NCBI RefSeq assembly: GCF_009914755.1
Contig: NC_060940.1
Source: the human T2T-CHM13v2.0 reference genome, Homo sapiens
Direction: 5' to 3' (one strand)
DNA length: 64,000 nucleotides
The notes beneath the pieces are model-generated. The model was not told where the DNA came from and ran no database searches. It saw only the letters and a program-made list of their open reading frames with translations. The translations under genes and the position numbers were made by a program. Below are positions 41,276 to 55,920 of the stretch, one piece after another. Position 1 is the stretch's first letter; each line of letters starts with the position of its first letter.

Positions 41276-41767
41276 CATTTGGGCTCTGCAGTAGACCTGG
41301 AGGTCCCTGGAACTCTGGCTCTTGCACAATTTCCTCCTCGCTCATTCTCTCACTGCAAGAGTCTTCTATTACTGCCTCCTGTGAGGTCTCTTCAGGTTCC
41401 CAGCCTGTAGGTTCCTGGGGTTCAACCTCAATACCCCCTCTTTCTTGCCTTGAAGGTGATGGGACTTCCTCTGGGGTGCTGGGGGAAGGAGCAGATGCCC
41501 GAGAGTTAATCAGGGCATCCATCTCCTTGTAGAACGCGCAGGACTCTAGCACGTGGCCATTTTTCACCTTGCGGTAACTCTTCTGAAGGCTTTTGAACTT
41601 GGTTCGGCACTGTTCTGGTGTCCGGAGGAAGCCGCACTCTCGAAGCTGTTCAGCTACAGCCCCATACAATTTGCTCTTCCGATGACAGGCTTGAAGCGCT
41701 TCATAAAACCGAGTCTCACGGAGGATATCAAGAAAAGTCTTGGTTTCTTCATAGCCCCAGTGCACGC
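41276..41767 (-). CDS. ZKSCAN2: ZKSCAN2 exon 6: second Myb/SANT-like domain and acidic/proline-rich tail
   Basis: Within ORF 41208..41867; acceptor atggcag, donor gtaag; 492 nt, phase 1/1; ~81% aa identity to the exon-5 domain. Confidence 0.93.
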
Positions 41768-41829
41768 CTGCCATTTGGGGATAAAGTTCACAATGTAACA
41801 AAGAAAAGGAGTCTCTAGCCTCTATACTA

Positions 41830-42110
41830 TATACATTAAGAAATGTAGAGGTAAAAAAAAATCCCATTCACAGTGGCAACAAGAACTACATATGCCTAGG
41901 AATAAGCTTTGCAAGAAATGAGAAGGTCTATATCAAAATGTGTAATATCATAAAACTAGAAAAAATGACAAGACACTGTTTATGAATAGGAAGACTCAAG
42001 GTGTACAGATATCATTTCTCATATGAATCTATAGTCAAAATCCCATTCAGATTTTTAAAACTGAAATCGGTAAACTAATCTCAAAGCTTATTTGGAAGAA
42101 TAAAAATGCA
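41830..42110 (+). mobile_element. Old L1 ORF2 fragment in ZKSCAN2 intron 5
   Basis: aaaaatcccattcacagtggcaac...cctaggaataagc...atgaataggaagactcaa resembles L1 ORF2 sequence. Confidence 0.6.
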
Positions 42111-42937
42111 GTCCCCCAAATCTGCCATTGCTATGGTGATTAACTAAATGATTTAGTTCTCTAGAAGTCTCTTTCCAAAGTGGTTAAGAATAATGACTAG
42201 AATTTCCAATAGGAACTTTCCCCCTCAAATTTCCTACCACTTCTGTAAGCAGTCTTCCTTGAGGAGCAGAACTATGTTCAGAGTAGTTTTTGGATGTCAT
42301 TGAATCCTCTACTTTGAGATGAAATGATCTGTAAGACAAGACTATGTTCTGCATTTATAGCAGAATAAAACTTTTCAGGGCATATCTAAATATAATTTGT
42401 AAAACATGCTTTTTGTATGTTTTGTAATCTATTGTAGGAAAAATCTCTATCCTCTATCTTACTAGGTGGTTTCTTCCAGGCCTATGACTGGATTCCCATA
42501 TTTGAGACCACCCCAAGAGTCCCAGCCTCATGTTGATGGATTTTCAGATTGGTGAGACCTGTCTAGGCATAATGCATCTTCCCATCTTAGCAGATGTTTA
42601 TTTTTTATTTTTTGAGACAGAATCTCAGTCTGTTGCCCAGGCTGGACTGCAGTGGCACAATCATGGCTCACTGAAGCCTTGAACTCCAGGGCTCAAGCGA
42701 CCCTCTCGCTTCAGCCTCCTGAGTAGCTGGGACTACAGGAGTGTGCCACCATGCCTGGCTAATTGTTTTATTTTTTGTAAAGACGGAGTCTCGCTGTGTT
42801 GCCCAGCTGCTCTCAAACTCCTGGCCTCAAGGGATCCTCCCATCTCAGTCTCCTAAAGTGCTAGAATTACAGGTATGAACCACCACATCCAGCCAGATAT
42901 TTCTTTTGAATGGGTTTAGTCATGGATACATTCCCTA

Positions 42938-43147
<210 letters not shown>

Positions 43148-44197
43148 TTAGGAGGCTGAGGCAGGAGAATTGCTTGAACTCACCCAGGAGGAGGAGGTTG
43201 CAGTGAGCCGAGATTGCGCCACTGCACTCCAGCCTGGGTGACAGAGTGAGACACCGTCTCGGAAAAAAAAAAAAAAAAGAATTTATCTCTAGCTGGAGTA
43301 AAGAAACATTACTAATAACAGTGATACCAGGCAATGCTGTATTATATTTTAGCATTTTCACAGTGCCTTCATTTATATTATCCTATTTAACACTAATAAC
43401 AACCCTATGAGGTATTCTTAGCCATATTTTACGGATGAGAAAATTGAAGCTCAAAGTAGTTACGTGATGTGTCTACTGTCACACAGTTATTAATTGGCGA
43501 TTTAATTCTGCATGTCTCAGTCACAAAATATTTAACACCAGCTCTCTTTTGCATGGTGTATCTGTCTGCCTTTTTAATTTTAATGTCTCTGTATTATATT
43601 TAAGGTGGATCTCTTATAAGCAATTAATGTCTGATAATCTTAGTTCTTTAAGTTTGTAATTAATTATATATTTGGATTTATATCTTATTTTTTTCCATCT
43701 GACTCATCTATTTTGTATTCTTTTTTCTCTCCTTTGTCTTCTTTTAGATTACACAAAAAATGTTTATTTTATTTTTAATGAAAACCTGTTGAAACTGTTA
43801 CAAAATTTTGTACTGGTTATTTTAGATAACGTAATAATGCATGCTTGACTTATAATGCAATACAATTGATTGCTTTATGCCAATTATCAGATAATACAAG
43901 ATCCTTAGAACCCTGTAACTCCATTTGTCTTCCTTCCACAAGGACCCAAACACTCAAAATCCATGCTGTGCTCTAAAGTGAAAACGACTTCTCCACGGCC
44001 ACTTGGAGCTGTTACTCTGACTGCAATGGGGGCAGCAGCAAGCACCTGAGAGTACTTCAGTGATGTGGCCACACCACAGTGAAAGTGGTGAGGTGTGTGT
44101 GACAGCACCCCCCGGGTTTGGCCACTTCTGGTCTACTCCTTTTTCCACAAGATCACACATCTGTTTTCCTACCAGAGAAACAAAGCACAATTCTTAC

Positions 44198-44881
44198 CAC
44201 TGAGATTCTGAAACAAGACAGGGGCACCATGGATTTCAGACTTGCGGATAAATTCGATGCCTATTTCATCATCATCAGAATCTTCTGCAGCTTCCTCCTC
44301 CTCCACCAAGCTGATGTGTTCCTTAGCACTGATGGCAATTCTCTTCAGTCTGGGGACAGGTATCATCTCCTTTGGTTTATCAGTGGACGGAGCACGGGCT
44401 GCAGGGTTCAACAAAGCATCCATGTCCTCAAAGAAGGCGCAGGGTTCTAGCATGTGGCCATTTCTCACCTTTCGATAGCTTTTCTGGAGACTTTTGAACT
44501 TGGTTCGACACTGTTCTGGGGTTCTAAGGAAGCCACATTCTCGCAACCATTCAGCCACAGCACCATACACTTGGCTATTTCGGGGACAGGCCTGAAGTGT
44601 TTCATAAAAGCGAGACTCTTTGAGAATTGCCAGGAAAGTCTTTGTTTCCTCATAGCTCCAATGCACACCTGCTATCTTTTCATCTTCTAAACCCCACTGC
44701 TGCTGCTCTCTCCATGTTTTTCCTGCACTCCTTGCAGGGACCTGAATAGCATGAACTGACTTTTCCTTGACGTAGTTGCTTCGTAGGATACTTCTCTTGT
44801 TAGAGGAATGCAGACCTAGAGTCCATGGCTCCTTTCTCTGTTCCAACCGGGTTATCTTGTTAGATGTAGACACTGCACTTC
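44198..44881 (-). CDS. ZKSCAN2: ZKSCAN2 exon 5: KRAB-B-like segment ([11 protein letters not shown]), first Myb/SANT-like domain and acidic tail
   Basis: Within ORF 44169..45011; acceptor ttttactgtag, donor gtaag; 684 nt, phase 1/1. Confidence 0.93.
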
Positions 44882-45334
44882 CTACAGTAAAATAAACATA
44901 TTTCATGGTAGACATAGAAGTCATTACTGCATGCCTCAATCTTCTGCTGTCACATGCTCTCCTGGGCCACTTGTTCACACCCAAACCTTCCTCAGCTGTG
45001 ACACTGCACATTTATTTTTACATGACTTCCTTGGTACAAACATCTACTAACTTACACGATCATTTTACTTCTCATATATGTACCATTTCTTTTCCTAGCT
45101 AGTTCTTACAGGAAAACCTTTAAGGGTAAGAATATATATTTTTAACCTTTGATTCTCTCTCAGTAGCCAGTGTTGTGTTAGGTTCAGGGTATGCTCCTAC
45201 TCAGTATTTGTTACTTGTAAAATAAAGTGTATCTTTTCCCCACATTCCCCTCCATGCCCACCCCAACATACATAACATACATACATATATAGGCACTGGG
45301 ACTATAAGAGAAAAGAAGCCAAGAATTTTTTGTT

Positions 45335-47185
45335 AAACTATATTACAAAGCCACAGTAATCAAAACAGTATGGTACTGGTATGAAAACAGACACAAAGAC
45401 CAGTAGAACAGAATAGAGAGCATAGAAGGAAGTCCACACATGTATAGCTAAATAATCTTTGACAGAGTGCCAAGAACACATCACTGGGAAAAGATCATCT
45501 TTTCAACAAATGGTGCTCGGAAAACTGGATATCCAGATACAAAAGAGTGAAACTGGACCCCTGTCTTACACGACTCACAAAAATGAACTCAAAATGGATT
45601 AAGCCTTAAATATAAGACCTGAAACCATAAATCTCCTAGAAGAAAACACAGGGGACAAAGCTCCTTGACACTGGTCTGGGCAATAATTTTTTTGGATATG
45701 ACATCAAAGCACAGGCAATGAAAGTAAAAATAAATGAGTGGGACTACATCAAACTACAAAGCTTCTATACAGCAAAAAAAAAAAAAAAAAAAAAAAAATC
45801 TAATCCAAAACAACAACAAAAACAGTCAACAAAGTGATGAAAAAATCTATGGAATAGAAAAAAAGATTTGCAAACCACTCATCTGCTAAGGGGTCAATAA
45901 CTAAAATATACAAGGAACTCCTACAATTCAATAGCAAAATAACAACAAACCAAACAAATAATCTCATTAAAAAATAAGCCAAGGATATGAATGGACATCT
46001 TCCCAAAGAAGACATACAAATGGCAGATAGGTACATGAAAAGGTGCTCAACATTGCTAATCATCAGGGAAATGCAAATCAAAGCCACAATGAGGTATCAT
46101 TTCATACCTTTCAGAATGGCTATCATCAATGAGACAAAAATAAGAAGTGTTGGTGAGAAGAAAATGAAACCTCTGAATACTGTTGGCAGAGCTGTGAATT
46201 GGGAAGAGTCATTATGGAAAACAGTACAGAGGTTCCATAGAGAACTAAAAATAGAATTACCATATGATCCAGCAATCCTGCTACTGGGTATATATGCAAA
46301 AATATTAAAATCAGTAGGCCAAAGAGGCACTACCATGTTCACTGCAGCATTATTCACATACAGCTAAGATACGGAAGCAACCAGGAGGCTGAATGGATAA
46401 AGAAAATGTGGTCTATATACACAAAGGAATATTATTCTGCCTTAAAAAAGAAGAAAATTCTGCCTTTTGCAACAACATGGACGAACATGGAGAACATTAT
46501 GTTAACTAAGGTAAGCCAGGCACAGAAAAGACATATATCACATGACCTCACTTTTTTGGCAGTATCTAAAAATGTCCAACTCATAGAAGTAGAGAGTAGA
46601 AGATGGTTACCAGAAGCTGGGGGAGGAGGAGGGAAGATGGGGAAAGTGGAGATTTGATCAAAGGGTACAAAATTTCAGTTAGATGGGAGGAATAAACTTT
46701 AGTAATCTATTATATAAATTTAGTAATCTATTATATAGTGACTATAATATGTAGTAATGCTTTGTCTATTTCAAAATTCCTAGAAGAGTAGATTTTCTTT
46801 TATTTTTGAGACAGAGTGAGCCCAGGCTGGAATGCAGTGGCACGATCTCGACTTGCCTCTGCCTCCTGGGTTCAACAGATTCTCCTGCCTCAGACTCCCA
46901 AGTAGCTGGGATTACAGGCACCCACCACCACACCTGGCTAATTTTTGTATTTTTAGTAGAGATGGGGTTTTACTATGTTGGCCAGGCTTGTCTTGAACTC
47001 CTGACCTTGTGATCCGCCCACCTCAGCCTCCCAAAGTTCTGGGATTACAGGCATGAGCCACCATGCCCTGCCTAGGTGATGGATTTGTTAATTAGCTGAT
47101 TTAATCACTCCCCAACGAAAACATGTATCAAAACATCACATTGTACCCCATAAATATACACAATTATTATCTGTCAATTAAAAAA
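45335..47185 (+). mobile_element. L1 (L1MA/MB-type) 3' fragment: ORF2 C-terminus and 3'UTR, with an inserted Alu (~46795-47072); antisense to ZKSCAN2 intron 4
   Basis: Remnant peptide [32 protein letters not shown]...[14 protein letters not shown] is L1 ORF2-like; typical L1 3' end. Confidence 0.9.
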
Positions 47186-47189
47186 AGAC

Positions 47190-48600
<1,411 letters not shown>

Positions 48601-49399
48601 TCGAAAAAAATTTGGTAGAAGAACCTAATTTCCAAACAAAACTTACAGGAACCCACAAATACATATATCAAAGAAATAAAATTGAGTTGTTTTGCTTAAG
48701 GAGGTTGAGGGTAGGTGGGCAAAAAAAAGCCTTATATCTTATTATAGCTTTGTGGTCCTGAGACACGTCAAAGATGTCTTTCTCCTCAAAAGAGTCTGAA
48801 ATCTACTTTTCTATTACATGAAGGGGAAAAATAATCTGTGACTTCACATTTGAAAATTATTGGTACAGATATATTTTCGTAAGTATTTATTGAAAACAAA
48901 ATATTTCATTAATAAAATATTTCATTAATTAAAAAAAACTTCTGAAGACATTTTGGTGAGGTTAATAGGAAAGAGCTGTTAAGAACAGAAAGCAAATTGA
49001 GAATTTGCCAGCTTATGATACAAAAGAGATGAACATGTCGTAATTTGAATCCTAGCTACATTGCTTACTTTACTTTGACCAGGGGAAGTTTCTTAAGCTC
49101 TCTAAGCCTCAGTTTCCTAAGGAATAATACCATTTACTGTACTACACCATTTTATGTAATACAAATATGATAGTCATATGTAACTCCTCTCCAATGTTTT
49201 AATCACTAAATTATTATTATTATTTTTTTACTGGAAGGAGGAGTGGGTGAGGGAAGAGAACCTGGCTAAGTGATTACACTAGACAATCCTTAGAGATCCT
49301 TTAAGTGTTAACATTTCTATCTGCCTATCTTCTAATCAGTAGAAATGAATACATTAGAAAGCTCCAAGTCTTATATTTGGAAAGGGAAGGAATCCTTAC

Positions 49400-49526
49400 C
49401 CAGGGAGACCACGTTCCCAACATTCTCCTTCCTGAAATCCCGGTAGAGGTCCCTTTGGGCAGGAATCTGATGCACACTCTTTCTGTAGGAAAAGCCTCTG
49501 GCCACGTGGACATCTTTCACTGGTTC
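49400..49526 (-). CDS. ZKSCAN2: ZKSCAN2 exon 4, degenerate KRAB-A (EPVKDVHVARGFSYRKSVHQIPAQRDLYRDFRKENVGNVVSLG)
   Basis: 127-nt phase 0/1 exon, the canonical KRAB-A exon size; PAQRDLYRD..EN..N.VSLG motif; acceptor cattacag, donor gtaag. Confidence 0.9.
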
Positions 49527-49754
49527 CTGTAATGACACTAACACCAATGACTACCAAGATAACTGCACAGGTCTTCAAAGGATGAGCAATCACAGATGAG
49601 GCAGAGAAGAACCCTAAAGAACTGAAATCAAGGAACAAGTGGATAGTTTGCGCCAAATGAAGCAGAAGAGAAAGAATCATAAGATGACAAGATAAACAAG
49701 ATGATCCAGCAAGGAGTCTCATTACTCAGAAGACTGGGTCCCATCTTTTCAGGA

Positions 49755-50048
49755 AAAGGAATAAGGGGGAAATATACTTATACACTTGTGAGGACTATAA
49801 GTGTATTTACAGTAAGTAAAGTAAGTATATTTAAAGTAAGTATAAGTAAAGGAATAAGGGGGAAATATACTCTTGTGGGGAGTATATTTAAGGTAAGTAA
49901 AGTAATTATATTTAAAGTAAGTATAAGTAAAGGAATAGGGGGAAATATACTTTTATACTCTTGTGGGGAGTATAAGTATATTTAAAGTAAGTATAAGTAA
50001 AGGACTAAGGGGGAAATACACTTTTATACTCTTGACGGGAGTATAAAA
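49755..50048. repeat. Four-unit degenerate minisatellite (units ~93, 81, 70, 50 bp) in ZKSCAN2 intron 3
   Basis: aaagga.taagggggaaata.ac recurs at 49755, 49848, 49929 and 49999. Confidence 0.9.
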
Positions 50049-50252
50049 ATTTGAGGACAGTGAAGGCACAGAAAGCATTGCGCCTAAACACCCTAGTAAG
50101 GAAGGCCAGAGAAGATAATTACGGCAGGGCATGGTAGCTCACACCTGTAATCCCAGCACTTTGGGAGGCCGGGTCGGGCGGGTCACTTGAAGTCAGGAGT
50201 TTGAGACCAGCCTAGGCAACATGGTGAAACCCTGTCTCTACTAAAAATACTA

Positions 50253-50528
<276 letters not shown>

Positions 50529-50930
50529 CTGTAAGAATAGAAAGAAACGATTAGTAATCTGGGCTTTGACCCTTTAATTCATGCTGTCTCTCTTTTTAAG
50601 AGATGAGTATGTATTGAAACACCAACAAATATAAATTCACCATTTTATCTGTGAGTTCAGAACAATCCCCAAAAACACAGTACCCTAAAGCTGGGATCAC
50701 AGCCTCAAATGCTTTCCGGGGGTAAGCAAGTAAATACAGGATGAAGGGGACCAGGTAAGGACTGTGGGAACTGGAGAGCACACATCTGATTGAAAGGGCA
50801 CTGCCAATGCCAATGCTCAGGTCCCGCTCATGTCTCAGTGTGAGACTATGGCTGTGGTACCTTCCCTCCTTCCCTACCCCCTTTCCCTTCCCCAGCCTTC
50901 CTTTCCCCCTCCCTTCCCTTTTCTCCCTTC

Positions 50931-50965
<35 letters not shown>

Positions 50966-51206
50966 AATCATGGACATTTGCAATGCATTCCATCATAATA
51001 TAAATTTGGGGAGGCATAAAACAGTATAGTAGTACTGAATCTTGCCTCTCAGTGAAGGGCTGGGTAAATCAGACAGAGTTGAGGTTTAAAAATAATTGTG
51101 CCATTCTGGGGGAAAGGAAACTAGCATTTATTGAGCACTATTATGCACTGGCTCCTTCATGCTGCCGCATTTAATCTGCACAAATAGCCTTGCTATTTCC
51201 CTCTTA

Positions 51207-51551
<345 letters not shown>

Positions 51552-52076
51552 TTAAGTATCCTGACCAAGGCCACATAGATAAAAAAATGGCAGAGCTAGG
51601 TTTTGAATCTAGGTCTGTCTGTCTCTAAAGCCTAAGCTCTTAGCCTCTGTGCATTCATGCGTCTTTTCATATTATTTGCCCAAGATCACAGACAGAAGGT
51701 GGCAGAGACAAGATATAAACAGAAGACTTCTGACGGCAGGTTTAGTGATGTTTCCATTCCTCTCTTTAAGACTGAGATGAAGCCACACTTCAGGAGATGG
51801 AGAGATCACTGTGGACTGGGAAGGACAGGGTATTCATTTCCTAGCATTTGACCTGAGTCATTAATGTGCAGGGCAGCTATGAATGTCAGTGGTCCCTTCC
51901 CTGTGAAATCTTAACTGTTTATCTCTCTTGTATGCCACTTCTGTGATGGCCTGTGAGTCAAACTTTGAACACAAATGCCTTGTTCCCTTTCAAACAGCTT
52001 TTTGACTTATTTATAGTCAGCCAAGAGCACATACACATGGCAGGACTGAAAAACACATGATGATTGTAGAATGTAG

Positions 52077-52199
<123 letters not shown>

Positions 52200-52696
52200 T
52201 GAGTCACTGTGTCCAGCCATGGAGAGTTTACCACCACAGGATCTCATAGCTGGCCCAGGCAATCTAAGTTTCCCCAGTTTGGATCTTTTTTTTTTTTTTT
52301 TTGAGACAGGGTCTCGCTCTGTCACCCAGGCTGGAATACAGTGGTGTGATCACGGCTTACTGCAGCCTCAACCTCCTGGGTTCAAGCAATCCTCCTGACT
52401 CAGCCTCCTGAGTAGCTGAGACCACAGGTGCACGCCAACACACCTGGCTAATATTTTTTTTTTTTTTGCGATTTTGTAGAGACTGGGTTTTCCCATGTTG
52501 CCCAGACTCAGTTTCCATCTTTATGATACCTTTTCACTTATATTGCACATGTTCCTAATTCTTGAAGTGAATGAAACCTTTCTCCTATTCTGAATATGTA
52601 TCAAGGAGGCCCTCCACTGCACATTCACAGCGTTGGGGTACTGCGGAAATCTGCCCCAGCCTCTGCACTAGGCGTGCTCCGAGTCTTCCCTCTTAC

Positions 52697-52883
52697 CATT
52701 CTTGGGTAAGGGCCGACGTTCTCGCTTTCGGTTCAGCTGTTCCTGGTGTCCTGAGTGGAGGCTTCCAGGTTCCTCCCGAGACACCGCCCTGGGTTGGGTC
52801 TCCACCTGCTCTGGCTGGAAGTCTGCCACCTCCCACGCTGCTCCAAGTGGGGAGTGCTTCTCCCGGTGCACGGGACTGCTGAC
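52697..52883 (-). CDS. ZKSCAN2: ZKSCAN2 exon 2 (VSSPVHREKH...LPKN)
   Basis: Acceptor atttctcag, donor gtaag; 187 nt; open in frame with exon 1. Confidence 0.92.
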
Positions 52884-53063
52884 CTGAGAAATGAAGTCAA
52901 TACCATAAGAGGGAGTAAAACAGGCCCATATCAGGGCGAAATTCTCCCAGGAAAGACATCAAAGAAGGACAGAGACATGAGAAGGAATGAAAATTCCACT
53001 CCATTCCCAGTGGAGTCTCTGAGAGCGCTGGGCTGAGAGTACTGTCCAGCAGTCTGGGTGTAA

Positions 53064-53310
<247 letters not shown>

Positions 53311-53559
53311 TGATCAACATGCCTCGGCCTCCCAAAGTGCTGGGATTACAGATGTGAGCCACCGCGCCTGGCCAGAATAATATTTAATACTAAACAGAGA
53401 AGGAAATCTGTCAGGAGTGAAAGAGCCTCCTTGTTGCTAGAATAGATATTATTTGACTCTATATCTGTTACGTTCGCAAAGAAGTTACCAGGACATGAAT
53501 ATATACAGTAGTGAAATGAAAACTTACAAAATTAATATCCACATCTATCTGTCTATCCC

Positions 53560-53930
53560 TGACCAATACAGCAACCTGCTGATAGATCTCTACACAATGC
53601 AAGTCTGATGCAAGGTGAAACCGCAAATCTTGCAAATGCTGCAGGATTTCACGAGGTTCATGAAAGTGAGGTTGAAGAACAACTAGAAGAGCATGCAAGC
53701 CACTGAGAAATGAAGATGTGGCAGTTAGACTGGAGGAGAGTGACAGAAATGAAGGCATGAGAGCACTTCAGAAGACACTGAGTGCAACAGTAAAACGCTT
53801 GGAGACGGCTCTGGGATAACGGATGAAGTCTTTTTTTTTTTTTTTTAAAGGGGGAACAGAATAGCCTTTTTTGATCAAAATGCGTAAGTGAACCTCTGTG
53901 ACGCAAAACCATATTGTTCTCTTATATTGT
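53560..53930 (+). mobile_element. Decayed Tigger/pogo-family DNA transposon coding fragment in ZKSCAN2 intron 1
   Basis: From 53629 reads LANAAGFHEVHESEVEEQLEEHA, then after a frameshift KPLRNEDV, resembling the Tigger transposase C-terminal acidic motif. Confidence 0.45.
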
Positions 53931-54219
53931 TTTGTTGCAAACATTATGCCAAAGATGACGATAAATGCTTAGGTGAATAATGTCTGGTTTCCATTGTAAG
54001 ATAATATTTCAATCAAAGCTTTTATTTTTCTATTTCATGTGAAATTCTGATCCCCTTTTAAGTGGATTCACTTAAAGTGAAAAGACCCCCTTATAGGGTC
54101 TTTTATTAGTACCATTTATCTTTCTCTGAAGAGCACGTCTTTCTGCAATACATCCCTGCCCACATGCCTTTCCCATTCCCTTTTTTCTAAGTACAAAAAT
54201 TTGGAAAATCCTCTCTCAC

Positions 54220-54618
54220 CTGCTGTCTTAGTCTTCCAGTCTCTTTCTCCAAATGCACTACCAGGGCCACCGCTTCCTCTCCACTTTGCGGACACTGCTT
54301 CTGTGCCCAAGCCTGAATCTTCTCGGGTAAAATGGTGAGAAACTGCTCAATCACCAGCAGCTCAAGTATTTGCTCCTTGGAACGCATTTCTGGCTTCAGC
54401 CACCGGCAGCAAAGTTCCCAGAGTTTACTGAAAGCTTCATGGGGTCCAGTCACATCCTCATAACAGAATTGCCTGAAGCATTTGCGGAAGGTCTCAGAGC
54501 TATCCGATCCTTCCAGAATGGGCTCTGATGCCCACTCAGGGTCCTTTTCCACCTTCATTATTAGGCATCCCTCAACCTCCAGGGGCGCGTCGATCTGAGA
54601 GTCGAGGGCGACAGCCAT
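54220..54618 (-). CDS. ZKSCAN2: ZKSCAN2 coding exon 1, SCAN domain (MAVALDSQ...[57 protein letters not shown]...)
   Basis: Classic SCAN consensus; ATG in agcATGg context; donor GTGAG at 54219-54215; 399 nt, phase 0. Confidence 0.96.
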
Positions 54619-54929
54619 GCTGCAGCCCAGGGGTCAACTTCACGTCTAGCTCAAGGTGGGGACCCAAAGAAGACTCCAAGCGCTCCCTGCTTAATGTTCC
54701 TGGGAGTGTGATAAGGTACGGAGGTAAAAACGGCCAGGTCGGCAGGAACAGGGTATTCCAGGCTGATTAATCAAATCTATGCCAGGCCCTTGAAAAGGTG
54801 AACGTATACTCTAAGATGCAAAAGCCTGGCCTCTTCTCCAAACAAGATGTGACCGCGCAATGTGGTTTTCCAGAGTGCATCCCTCTTAGTGCAAAGTCGG
54901 AAACCGGGAGGCTGGACGACTGGGAGAAA

Positions 54930-55920
54930 AATGAAGCAGGCTGAGGAAAGGCTGGGCGGAGGCGGACAGCCGGGCCGGGAGGGGGTGTGTCCGCTACTCC
55001 CGGGTCGGGCGCGGAGAGGCGAGTCCCCGAGTGGGTGGGGCCGGATGTGCAGGCCCCGCCCGGCGCCAGGTTCCGGGCTCGGGTCACCGCAGCACGTCCA
55101 GGCCGCCGCGGGTGCCGCTGGGGCCGCCGGATTCCGAGAGCGGCGCCGGGCTCTTTCGGGCCCACGACGGCCCCGACCGTCCTGAGGAAACCGCTGCCGC
55201 CGAGGAAAGGCCGCAAAAACTGTTCCGCCCGGAAGGGAGAAGAGCTGCGGGGCGAAGCCAGGGCTCGCAGGGGGCAGCGGCAGGCTGCTCGCGTTCGGCC
55301 TCGTCCACTCGGCCCGCGGAGAGCGCGGGGGGCGCTGGGAACCGCAGTCACGCATGCGCCGCCTGCCACCGAGCGCCGCGGGGCCCGCGCGAGGCGTCCT
55401 GGCGGGCGAGGGGCTGGGGGAGGGGGGGGGGGGGCCGTGCGGTGGACTCTCGCGAGAGCGCGCGGCGCGGTGACTCGTCGCTGAGGGACTTTAAGATTGT
55501 AGAGGGGCGCGGAGGGTCCTCCCCGGGGCGGAGGGACACAGAGGGATTCTAGGGAACCTGCCGTCGCGAGTCCCGCTTCAGGCGGAGAATCTAGGCGGCG
55601 GCGGGGCCTCCCTGAGGCGGAGGAGTCGGCACCGGGGCCTGGCTGCCGGGGAAGGAGAGCACGGGAGCGGGGACTCCTGTGTCTGGCGGAGGGACACGGC
55701 GTTCCGGTGGAGGGATCTGTTCCTTGTACCTGGTCCAGGGTTGCGGTCGGGGATGGAGCGGTTACCCCGACCCTGCGGGACCTTCTTCCTCTGGCGGAGG
55801 TGCACGGCGCGGCGTGGTGTTTTTCTGGCGGAAGTATCTGTGCGTGGCCCCAGGCCCTTCCCGGCGCGGTCTCATCTGGGGCCACTTGTTGGCCCTCGCG
55901 TTGGGGAGGTTCATGTGGTG
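54930..55920. promoter_or_regulatory. CpG-island, TATA-less, probably bidirectional promoter of ZKSCAN2
   Basis: Very high GC and CpG content; CTCTCGCGAGAG palindrome 55447-55458; NRF1-like CGCATGCGC 55351-55359; ETS cores CCGGATGT 55041, CCGGAAG 55229, GCGGAAGT 55828; G-run 55404-55434. Confidence 0.9.

Noticed and set aside
45800-46657. ORFs resembling a reverse-transcriptase protein C-terminus
   Set aside because: Fragmented L1 ORF2 with stops and frameshifts; not a gene
49755-50048. CRISPR-like appearance of hairpin repeats with spacers
   Set aside because: Human intron; spacers are themselves repeated rather than unique; no cas genes. Treated as a minisatellite.
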